NCBI GenBank assembly: GCA_963791565.1
Contig: CAWBSX010000004.1
Coordinates: 372,601-436,600 of the forward strand
Direction of reading: 5' to 3'
DNA from: an uncultured Verrucomicrobiae bacterium
GTDB taxonomy: Bacteria; Verrucomicrobiota; Verrucomicrobiia; Chthoniobacterales; UBA10450
DNA: 64,000 bases
How positions within the stretch are numbered: the first letter of the stretch is position 1; each line of letters starts with the position of its first letter. This document shows, piece after piece, positions 50,600 through 60,163 of this stretch. The notes below the pieces were generated by a model. That model had not been told where the DNA came from and made no database searches. It saw only the letters and a program-made list of their open reading frames with translations. The position numbers and the translations under genes are program-made.

Positions 50600-50690
50600 G
50601 CGGCGCCGTGACCTTCGATCACTCTTTGTTTGCCATTGATCTTCGCTTTTTTCCGATCAGAATCGTCTTCCCCAAACGGAAGGACATTTT

Positions 50691-53600
50691 ATGGTTTTCC
50701 GATCCCCCCGCGCTGGCTGGAAAGCGCGGTCGATCATTGCCGGTGGCTTTTTTCTTTTCTCACTCGGCTCCGCCTGCGCGGCGCCAGATTACAGCAGGGA
50801 CATCGCAGTGTACGATCGATTCCTCGCCCAGGTAAAATCGGACGACGAAATTGTGCGCTTTGGCGATGTGGGACTTACGCCAGCGCAGCTACGCACCTTT
50901 CGAGAACGACTCGTTAGGCTACAAGGCGCCGCCGAAAAAGGCGCCGCGATCGAACCGGACGTGGTCACGCCCGCCGGCACAACCTTCAAGTGGCCGAGCG
51001 GAAATGTTTTCTACCGTTTCGATCCGTCGCAGGTCACGGCCGGGACCATTACCTCGGCGAAGATGCAGGCATTTCGCGATGGCATCGCGGAATGGGCCGC
51101 GTTCGCTAATTTGCATTTCAACGAATTTACCGGGACGCCGCCGGCGAATTACATCACCGTCCAGCAAAACACCACGGGCAACGAAGGCGGCTTCTCCTCA
51201 TCGGTAGGAATGGCGGGTGGCGAACAGTTTGTGCAGTTCGGTCCGAACAGTTGGAATCGCGGCACGGTTTGCCACGAAGTCGGTCACGCCATCGGCCTCT
51301 GGCACGAACAACAGCGCCCCGATCGCGACACTTATGTCACGATCAACTTCAGCAACATCGATCCCGCGCAGCAGGGCAACTTCACCATTGTCGCAGGCGG
51401 GCAGACCTTCAGCACCGCTTACGATTTTTACTCGGTGATGCATTACCGGCGCGCTGACCTGACCAACAAAATGGGCACGCCCAATCCGAACGCGCCCGAT
51501 CCAACCATCGACACCGTGGATCCGAACGCGCCCTATCTGTTTTTCCTAAACATCATGGGCAACGTCTATGATCGGACCTTGAGCAAATCCGATCGCGCCG
51601 GCATGGCGGCGATCTACGGAAATCCGTCACCGCTGCCGGGTGCCGTGGTCACTAATACAAACGACAGCGGCCCGGGAAGTTTGCGCAGCGCGATCTATTA
51701 CGCCTTCGATCGCTCGACCGACGCAGTGCCGACCCCGACGACGGTGACATTTCACATTCCGACCAGCGATCCGAACTACAACGCCAGCACCGGTGTCTTC
51801 ACCATCAAGCCGACATTCCTGCTCGTGGCGCTCGGTGCTGGCACGACCATCGATGGCTCTTCGCAAACTGCATTTACTGGCGACACGAATACGAGCGGAC
51901 CCGAGATCGCGCTCGATGGATCGCAAATTGCCGGGCAAGGACTCGGCCTCTTCGCCTCCGGGATTCCCATTCATGACAGCAATTGCACGATCAAGAATTT
52001 GATCATTAACGGATTCAATCAGAATGGCATCGTCCTCGACGGCACCCGCGCCGCGCTCTTTGGTACTTCGGCGAACGGGAACGTCATCACCGGTTGTTAC
52101 ATTGGAACAGATCGGACCGGCACAGTCGGCGTGGCCAACACATTTCCCGGCATCGAACTTCTCGGCGGCGCATCGAACAATACCATCGGCGGCCTAACGA
52201 GTACTTTGCGCAACATTATTTCCGGCAACGCCAGTTACGGCATATCGATGCACGACGCCGGCACGAGCAATAATTTGATTGAAGGAAATTACATTGGGAC
52301 AAACGCCGCCGGCGCCGGCGCAGTCTCGAACGCGGCCGCGGGCATAGGAATTTTCAACGGCGCAAACCACAACACCATCGGCGGAACCACCAGCACCGCG
52401 CGCAATCTCATTTCCGGCAACAAGGGGCAGGGCGTCCAGATTTTGGATTCCGGCTCCAACGCCAACGTCATCGCTGGAAATTACATCGGCGTAAACGTGA
52501 GCGGAAACAGCGCCCTGGCCAATGGCTTCTTCGATCCGCCTAACGAGTCGTTTTCTTCCGGCGTCGATATCTTCAACGGCGCGCAAAACAATGTGATCGG
52601 CGGCACCGCACTCGGTTCGGGCAACGTCATCTCCGGCAACGCCGCTTACGGCGTCGGCATTTCCAATTCCGGCACCAATGGCAACATCGTCCGTGGAAAT
52701 CTTATCGGCGTTGGCGCCAACGGCACGACCGCCATTCCAAACGGCAACGCCGATCCCGGCCATATGCCGTTTCCGGTTTTGTTCGCGGGCGTGGGAATCT
52801 TCGGCGGCGCCTCGAACAACATCATCGGCAGCGCCGGTTCCGGTAATGTCATCTCCGGCAACGCTGCGCAAGGTGTCGTCGTCTCCAATAGCGGCACGAA
52901 TGGCAACGTTATTTCTGGAAATATTATCGGTCTGAATGCGTTCGGAAACAGCGCGCTGGCCAACGGCTTTTCCGGCATCGGAATCTTCGGCGGCGCACAA
53001 AACAACACCATCGGCGGCCTAACGAGTAATGCCGGCAACATTATTTCGGGCAACAGCAATCAGGGGATCGCCATCAGCAACAGCGGCACCAACGGCAACG
53101 TTGTGCAGGGAAATTTCATCGGGGTGAACAGCGGCGGCGGAACGGCTTTCCCGAATGCCTTCGAAGGCGTGGCTATTTTCGGCGGCGCCTCCAATAACAC
53201 GATCGGTGGCCTAACGAGTAGTGCGCGCAACATTATTTCCGGCAACACCGGCGCGGGAATTTCCATCGGCAACAGCGGCACCAACGGAAATTCGGTGCAG
53301 GGAAATTACATCGGCACCGATGCCAACGTGTACCACTGCGGTCGGCAATGTTCCCGAAGGCGTGAGTATTTATAACGGCGCTCAGAACAACGTCATCGGT
53401 GGCGGTGCCGGTGCGCGTAATGTCATCTCCGGCAATGGCGCGCGCGGCGTGGGAATTTTCGACGCTGCGACAATGAACAACACCGTGCAGGGAAATTACA
53501 TCGGGCTAAATACGAACGGGAACGCGGCCATTCCGAATAATTTTTCCGGCGTGGAAATTTATCTCGGCTCCAACAACACCATCGGCGGCACGACCGGCAG

Positions 53601-54678
53601 TACGCGCAATTTTATTTCCGGCAACAACGATCGCGGCGTGCTTATCGACGGCGCCAACGCGAGCGGAAATGTCGTGCAAGGAAACACCATCGGCCTTGAT
53701 ATTACCGGCACCGCGCGACCGAATGGAAATACCGGCGTGGAATTCTTCACCGGTTCCCACGCGAACACGATCGGCGGCAGCGCGTTTGGCGCGAGCAATC
53801 AAATCGCGAGCAACACGAACGATGGTATTCGGGTTTACGACAGCGGCACCGACGGCACCAACATGATGGCGCTCCTTGGGAATTCCATTTTCAACAACAG
53901 CGCTCTCGGAATCGATTTGCTCTACGGCAATAGCGGTCCGCAGCATCCGAACAATCAGCAGGCCGCGCCGACCTTGAGTTCCGCGGTGCTCGGCTCCGCC
54001 AGTAACATCAGTGGCACCGATGTCAGCGGCACGTTGAACAGCACGGCCAGCACAACTTTCCGCATCGAATTTTTCGCCAGCCCGGGCGGGACGAGTCAGG
54101 GGAAAAATTTTATCGGTTCAACTAGTGTGACCACGAACGGTTCTGGTTCCGCTTCGTTTGCTTCGCTGCATCTCGCCGCCGCCGTTCCGATCGCGCCCGT
54201 GCAAAGTGGCGGCAGCGTGATCACGGCGACCGCGACTGATCCAAGCAACAATACGTCGCAATTTTCCGCACCGGTTGCGGTAACTGCGACCGATAGCGGT
54301 GGCGCGGGAATTCCCGATAACTGGATGGTTGCACACTTTGGCCCCACTTGGCAGACGAACCCGAGCGCAGCGCCGAATGCGGATCCGGACGGTGACGGCC
54401 TAACGAATGCTCAGGAATTTCTCGCCGGAACCGATCCAAAATCAGGTGGCAATTCGCTGCACATCACGGCCATCGCGCGCAGCGGCATAGACCGGCTCGT
54501 CGCCTTCGCTTCCGTGACCGGAAAAACTTATCGCGTCGATTACAAAGATGATCTGCTCAGCGCGAATTGGATTCTGCTGCAAGATCAACTCAACGCCACA
54601 GGCAACAGCACACAAATCACCGACACTGGCGCGGGAAATCTCGCCCGCCGTTTTTATCGCATCGCGCTCGATCAGTAG
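50691..54678 (+). pseudogene. Giant secreted astacin-like (M12) metalloprotease fused to a long parallel beta-helix repeat region, one frameshift
   Basis: It has the signal-like MVFRSPRAGWKARSIIAGGFFLFSLGSACA, the zinc site HEVGHAIGLWHEQQRPDRD and the Met-turn SVMHY. More than 25 repeats of the type NNTIGG(L)TS.ARN.ISGN...G..I...GT.GN.V.GN.IG follow. There is a DPDGDGLTNAQEF Ca-binding-like segment. The two track ORFs join if the T at about 53329 is removed (GTDANG TTAVGNVPEG). Confidence 0.8.
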
Positions 54679-54729
54679 GTTGTAGCAAGCGCATTGACGA
54701 TCCCGAGCACGCTGCGCGACACTGCGCCG

Positions 54730-55813
54730 ATGGAGTGCCCGTTTAATGGCGAACGGCCGGTGCAGTATTACGGCGATTATCTCGGGTCGAAAAACTCCTC
54801 GAGCTACAGAAGCCGCTCAGCCTCAAAGAAGGCAAGCTCATCGCCCACGATGAAATGCTCTTCATCATCATCCACCAGGCCTACGAACTCTGGTTCAAAC
54901 AAATCCTGCACGAGTTGATGGCGTGCGGCGAAGTTCTCGAGAAACCGGCGGCGGACGATGACGGCCCGGACATGAACGTCGTCGTGCATCGTTTGAAACG
55001 GACCGTGGAAATTTGGAAACTTTCAACCATCAGGTAGACGTCCTGGAAACAATGACGCCACTCGATTTTCTGGAGTTCCGTCGAAAGCCTCCAAGGCGCC
55101 TCGGGTTTTCAAAGCACCCAATTCCGCCAGATCGAAGCGACTCTCGGCTTGCGGATGGAGAACGTTTCCGGCCGGATTACTACAAGCACACCGAGATGGG
55201 TGGCTTTAACGAGGCGGACTACCAGAGATTGTCGAGTGCGGAAAAGGGCGAGTCCTGTTGCGAATGGTGGAACGGTGGTTGGCCCGCATGCCATTCTTCG
55301 ACGAATCCTTCTGGCAAAAGTGGGATGGCGAAGAACGGACCGGCCAACCCGGTAACGGCCAAATTTTGGAACCACTACCGAAAACTTTACGAGCAAAGTC
55401 TTTCCGAACGCGATGAAAAAAACGACTTTTAGGCAAATTCGACGCATGTTTTTCGAGGAAGGGCCCGGGCGATTTCTCCGCCGCCCGCTTTGCGGGCCGC
55501 GCTTTTCATCATGCTCTATCGCGACGAGCCGCTCTTTCGTTTGCCCTTCGCTCTGCTTAACAGCTTGATCGAGATCGACGAACAGCTGGCCAACTTCCGT
55601 TATCGCCATCTGCAGATGGTGCGGCGCATGATCGGCACAAGGGTCGGGACTGGTGGAAGCAGCGGCGAGCAATACCTGCAAGGCGCGGTAAATAAAAACT
55701 ACGTCTACAAAGAACTGGCCGGCGTCATCACGTTCCTGATCGAGCGACGAAATCTGCCCGCGCTGCCCGCGCGTTTGCATAAGGCGCTCCGTTTCAGTTT
55801 CGCGGAAGTCTAA
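54730..55813 (+). pseudogene. kynA: Tryptophan 2,3-dioxygenase, reading frame broken about 10 times
   Basis: TDO sequence is recovered only by frame hopping. Segments are YYGDYLG / EKLLELQKPLSLKEGKLIAHDEMLFIIIHQAYELWFKQILHEL / VDVLETMTPLDFLEFR / GASGFQSTQFRQIEATLGL / RPDYYKHTEMGGFNEADYQRL / LLRMVERWLARMPFF / ALRAALFIMLYRDEPLFRLPFALLNSLIEIDEQLANFRYRHLQMVRRMIGTRVGTGGSSG. Confidence 0.75.
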
Positions 55814-55828
55814 CGAGTAGTCGAATCC

Positions 55829-56641
55829 ATGGCCGAAACAGATTACGTCCTCGGCACGCACGATGAAGAAGTCGCGCGGCTCGGCCTGCAACATCGCGTC
55901 TGGCGACCGGTCGTGACCGAATGCTGGCAGCGCGCCGGCATTACCGACGGCTGGCGCGTCATCGACATCGGCGCAGGACCGGGTTACGCCACCGCTGACC
56001 TCGCGGAAATTGTCGGACCGACCGGCGCTGTTCTCGGCATCGAACGCTCGGCGCGTTTTCTCGAAGCCGCACGCGATCGTTGCGCGCGTCGCGGCCTGAC
56101 GAATGTCAAATTCCGCGAGAGCGACCTGATGGAGCTCTCGTTAGGCAATCTCAATTACGACGCCAGCTGGTGTCGCTGGGTCGCGTCATTTGTTTCATCG
56201 CCGAAACTCCTGGTCGAAAAAATTGCCGGCGCCTTGCGCAAAGGCGGCATCGCCATTTTTCACGAGTACAGCGACTACGAAACGTTTTGCTTCATGCCGC
56301 TTCGTCCGGCGATCGAAAACTTCCGGCGCGAGGTCGCATCGAGCTGGCGCGCCAGTGGCGGCGAACCCGATGTCGCGCGTCAGTTGCCGGGACTGCTGCG
56401 CGACGCGGGAATGCGCGTGCGCGAAATCCGGCCGCGCGTCATCACCATTTCACCGCACGATTATGCCTGGCAATGGCCGGCGAGCTTCATCGAGATTAAC
56501 GTCCTGCGTTTACAGGAGCTCGGTCGCCTAACGAGTGAACAAGGCGCGGAGGCCTTGCGCGAATTTCACGAAGCCAATGCTGATCCCGAGTCCTGGTTCA
56601 CCACGCCGATGTTTCTCGAAATCGTGGCGGAGAAAAAATGA
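55829..56641 (+). CDS. Class I SAM-dependent methyltransferase
   Basis: 270 aa with motif I VIDIGAGPGYAT. The stop overlaps the next start (ATGA). Confidence 0.8.
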   Translation: MAETDYVLGTHDEEVARLGLQHRVWRPVVTECWQRAGITDGWRVIDIGAGPGYATADLAEIVGPTGAVLGIERSARFLEAARDRCARRGLTNVKFRESDLMELSLGNLNYDASWCRWVASFVSSPKLLVEKIAGALRKGGIAIFHEYSDYETFCFMPLRPAIENFRREVASSWRASGGEPDVARQLPGLLRDAGMRVREIRPRVITISPHDYAWQWPASFIEINVLRLQELGRLTSEQGAEALREFHEANADPESWFTTPMFLEIVAEKK

Positions 56642-57893
56642 AACGACTGCTCGTTTCGTTTTTGTTGTTCACTGCGATCGCTCGCGCCGACCAGCCTATC
56701 CTGTTGAAACCAGCCGCCGTTTTCGACGGACAGGAAATGCATCCCGGTTGGTCGGTCTTGATAAATGGAGACAAAATTTCTGCGGTCGGGCAGCGGATGT
56801 CTCCGCGCCGGCGGACGCGCGCACGATCGAGTTGCCTAACGAGACCTTGATGCCGGGAATGATCGAAGGTCATTCGCACATGTTCCTTCACCCGTACAAC
56901 GAGACGAGTTGGAACGAGCAGGTGACTAACGAATCGTTGGCCTTGCGCACTGCGCGCGCCACTGTGCATGCGCGCAAAACTTTGGAAGCTGGTTTCACCA
57001 CCGCGCGCGATCTCGGGACGGAAGGCGCCGGTTATGCCGATGTCGGACTGAAGCAGGCGATCGATAGCGGAATTATTCCCGGTCCGCGTCTCATCGTGGT
57101 TACGCGCGCGATCGTCGCGACGAAAAGTTACGGGCCGAAATACGCGAGCGAACTCGACGTTCCGCAAGGCGCGCAGGAATGCAGCGCCGTCGATGAATGT
57201 ACCCGCGTGACGCGCGAGCAAATCGGCAAAGGCGCGGACTGGGTGAAGGTCTACGCCGATTATCGCTGGACGCCTAACGAGTCATCGCGCCCGACATTTT
57301 CGCAGGAAGAATTAAATGCGATCGTGCAGACAGCTCGTTCTGCGGGTCGGCCGACTGTGGCGCACGCCACAACCGCGGAAGGAATGCGTCGCGCGATTAA
57401 CGCCGGCGTGGACTCCATTGAGCACGGCGATGAAGGAACCGCGGAAGTGTTCCGTTTAATGAAACAAAAAAACGTCGCGTTTTGCCCGACGGTCGCTGCG
57501 GGCGATGCCGTCTCCCGTTATCACGGCTGGAAAAAAGGAACGGATCCGGATCCACCGCGCATCGCGCAAAAACGCGCGAGCATGAAAGCCGCGCGCGAAG
57601 CCGGCGTGACCTTTGCGATGGGCGGCGATGTCGGCGTTTTCACTCATGGCGAGAACGCGCTCGAAATGGAATTGCTCGTGCACGAGTACGGCTTCACGCC
57701 TCTGGAAGTGTTGCGCCAGGCGACGAGCGGCAACGCCGCCGTGTTCCATCTCACCGACCGAGGACTCGTTAGGCCAAATTTGCTCGCCGATCTCGTGGGT
57801 GTGGAAGGCGATCCGACGCGCGACATCGATCTTGTGCGCAAAGTAAAGTTCGTCATGAAAGGCGGGACAGTCGTGCCTTTGCCTAACGAGTGA
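56638..57893 (+). pseudogene. Secreted amidohydrolase (metal-dependent, imidazolonepropionase/Xaa-Pro dipeptidase-like), one frameshift
   Basis: The true N-terminus is MKRLLVSFLLFTAIARADQPILLKPAAVFDG...INGDKISAVG (track ORF 56638). It continues as ADVSAPADARTIELPNETLMPGMIEGHSHMF in the frame of track ORF 56535, with 1 nt missing near 56791-56793. Confidence 0.8.
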
Positions 57894-58727
57894 TGGAAAC
57901 ACCCGACGCTCTCCCGCCAAAACCAAAACGTTGGCCGGTCGCGCTGCTGGTCGGCTTCATCAGTGCGATCATCGGCGCGGCGATCTCCGCGCCCGTCTCC
58001 GACTGGGCGATGCAGATGCATCACGTTTCCGCGCGCGAAGGCGAACGCGGGTATGCGGTCATGTGCCTCTGGATACCGCTTGCGTTTGTCATCTGTTTCG
58101 TCGCTGGATTTGTCGTTAGTCTGCTAATCAAGCGCAGCGGTTTCGTCGGTTATTTGCTGCGCCAAGGTGCGGCGCTCGCCATTGTTCTATTTTGGTCGGC
58201 GATCGGGCGCCGTTGGTTACGCCACCGCCGATCATCCGCCGTTGGTCGATGGAAAAAATCTCGCGCTCGAAATCGAAGTGCGCGTGCCACGCAAAGGTCG
58301 ATCCATCGAAGATTTGAAAAAAGCCGATTTCAGTGTTGCGCTCGTCGTCTCAAATTCCGATCGCAGTTATTCCGACATGCGTTGGACGGAAGCGAGCGAG
58401 TCTAACGAAACCATCACTATTCCCGCCTGGGCCAATTTGAATTCGCGCAACGCTGGCCGCGAAATCACCGCCGGCATAAAAGATGAGAACCGGCAAATCT
58501 TTAACGTCATGCGTCGCGCCTCGCCTGCGATCGATGAAGCCTGGTCGGAATGGGAACCGCCGCGCGAGCGGTTCGATGGCAGCAAGCCGGCGCCGGGAGA
58601 TCAATATCAGGTTCGCTATCGCGTGCGTTTCGCGGGCGAATACTCACCGACCCCGCGACCGACGCTTACTTACGAGCCATCGACCCCGGAAGAAACGGCG
58701 TCGCCTAACGAGTCGTCGTCGCCATAG
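57890..58727 (+). pseudogene. Membrane protein with C-terminal soluble domain, probable single frameshift
   Basis: Track ORFs 57890 and 58167 join at about 58208, where there is an extra C. The third TM helix is then complete across the junction (GAALAIVLFWSAIG/AVGYATADHPP). No family recognised. Confidence 0.5.
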
Positions 58728-60163
58728 TGCGCGATCGTCGCATCGAGTTCATTCTGGTCCTGTGCGCCGCCGTCATGATTGGCGCGCGGATTTTTGGACC
58801 AAGCGCGTTGCAGCGACAGGATCAACCCCGCACTGCTTCCTACACGGCCGACATCGCGGCGAATGATCGTTGGCTGCTACCGCGCGACATGCTCGGCAAC
58901 ACCGCCACGAAACCGCCGCTGGTGAATTGGTTGGCCGCGCCACTGCTTAAGCTGGGTTTCTGGACGGAATTCGCGGTGAAATTACCAATGCTGCTCGCCA
59001 GCCTCGCGACACTCGCGCTCACAATCTGGTTCGCCAACCATTCGTTAGGCAATCGCGATCTCGCCTACCTCGCCGGCATCGTCTGGCTGGTGAATCCCGC
59101 GAACATCAACATGATTTACCATTGCCGGCCCGATCCGGTGCTGATCGCGTTTCTCACCGCCGCGTGGATTCTCGCGACGCGAATCATTCGCGACGAAAAT
59201 CCGGCGCGTGGAATCGTCGCCGGTTTTTGGATTTGCGTCGGACTAGCCGGCCTAACGAAAGGTCCAGCCGCACTCGTTGCGGTCATTTATCTTCCACTGG
59301 CGGCGCGTTTGATCGGCGGGCGTTGGTCAACCGCCAATCGCAGCCAGTGGTGGTGGGGCCTTCCGCTGGCCGCGGCAATTTTCTGCGCGTGGGCCATTCC
59401 GTGCGCCCTTCGTTATCCGGACGCCTTCTACAAAACGCTCGTCGGTCACGAGCTGCTCGCGCACTCCTTAGGCCTCGGCCAGCAATTCGGTAACAATCAT
59501 CTCACGAGCGAAGGACCAATCGCCGCGTTGAAATTGATCTGGCAGAATCCGGTCTGGTTCGTCACGCGATTTGCGCCGTGGTCATTAGCTACCGTGGCCG
59601 CACTCATCGTCATCGGCGCGCGCCAGTGGTTCCGTCATGAACTCGCGCCGGCCATTCTTTGGTTGCTCGTCGTTCTGTGTTTCTTCGCGCTCTCCGCGCA
59701 CAAAACGGCCGATTACATTCAGCCTGCATTTCCGGCCGCCGCTATTCTCGCCGCCTGGTTCTTTCAATATCTTCGCGTTCCGTTACGCATCGTCGCGATC
59801 GCATCACTTCTCTTTGCCATCGGACTCGCGCTGCATTTCGTTTTCCTCAGCAATTTCTCGCGCGATCGGCGCGGCGAAGATGTAAAAGCCTTCGCGCGTG
59901 ATGTGAGTGCCATCGTCCACGACGATCCGGTTGTTTTCGCCGGCACCGGCTACAACACGCTCGAATTATTTCTGCGTCGTTGTCAGCCGAGCATGTTGCC
60001 GTCGGCGGAAGAAAAGGCGCGGGCGAAATGGATGGTGGCGCCGTTGTTGCCGGGAATTCCGGCGGAAATTGTTTCGAAGCGATTACCAACCGCGCCGATT
60101 TCGCGCAGTGTTATTCTCGGTTTGTATCCGATGGATCGGGTGCGAGATCGCATCGAGAAATGA
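58727..60163 (+). CDS. GT39/ArnT-like polytopic glycosyltransferase candidate
   Basis: 478 aa with many TM helices. KPPLVNWL and GLTKGPAALV are reminiscent of ArnT/PMT-type enzymes. The call rests on architecture only. Confidence 0.5.
   Translation: MRDRRIEFILVLCAAVMIGARIFGPSALQRQDQPRTASYTADIAANDRWLLPRDMLGNTATKPPLVNWLAAPLLKLGFWTEFAVKLPMLLASLATLALTIWFANHSLGNRDLAYLAGIVWLVNPANINMIYHCRPDPVLIAFLTAAWILATRIIRDENPARGIVAGFWICVGLAGLTKGPAALVAVIYLPLAARLIGGRWSTANRSQWWWGLPLAAAIFCAWAIPCALRYPDAFYKTLVGHELLAHSLGLGQQFGNNHLTSEGPIAALKLIWQNPVWFVTRFAPWSLATVAALIVIGARQWFRHELAPAILWLLVVLCFFALSAHKTADYIQPAFPAAAILAAWFFQYLRVPLRIVAIASLLFAIGLALHFVFLSNFSRDRRGEDVKAFARDVSAIVHDDPVVFAGTGYNTLELFLRRCQPSMLPSAEEKARAKWMVAPLLPGIPAEIVSKRLPTAPISRSVILGLYPMDRVRDRIEK

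Noticed and set aside
51900-53900. Periodic DNA repetition that might suggest a tandem repeat or CRISPR-like array.
   Set aside because: The periodicity comes from the about 45-codon beta-helix repeats of one protein. The DNA units are divergent, there are no conserved direct repeats with unique spacers, and no cas genes are present.
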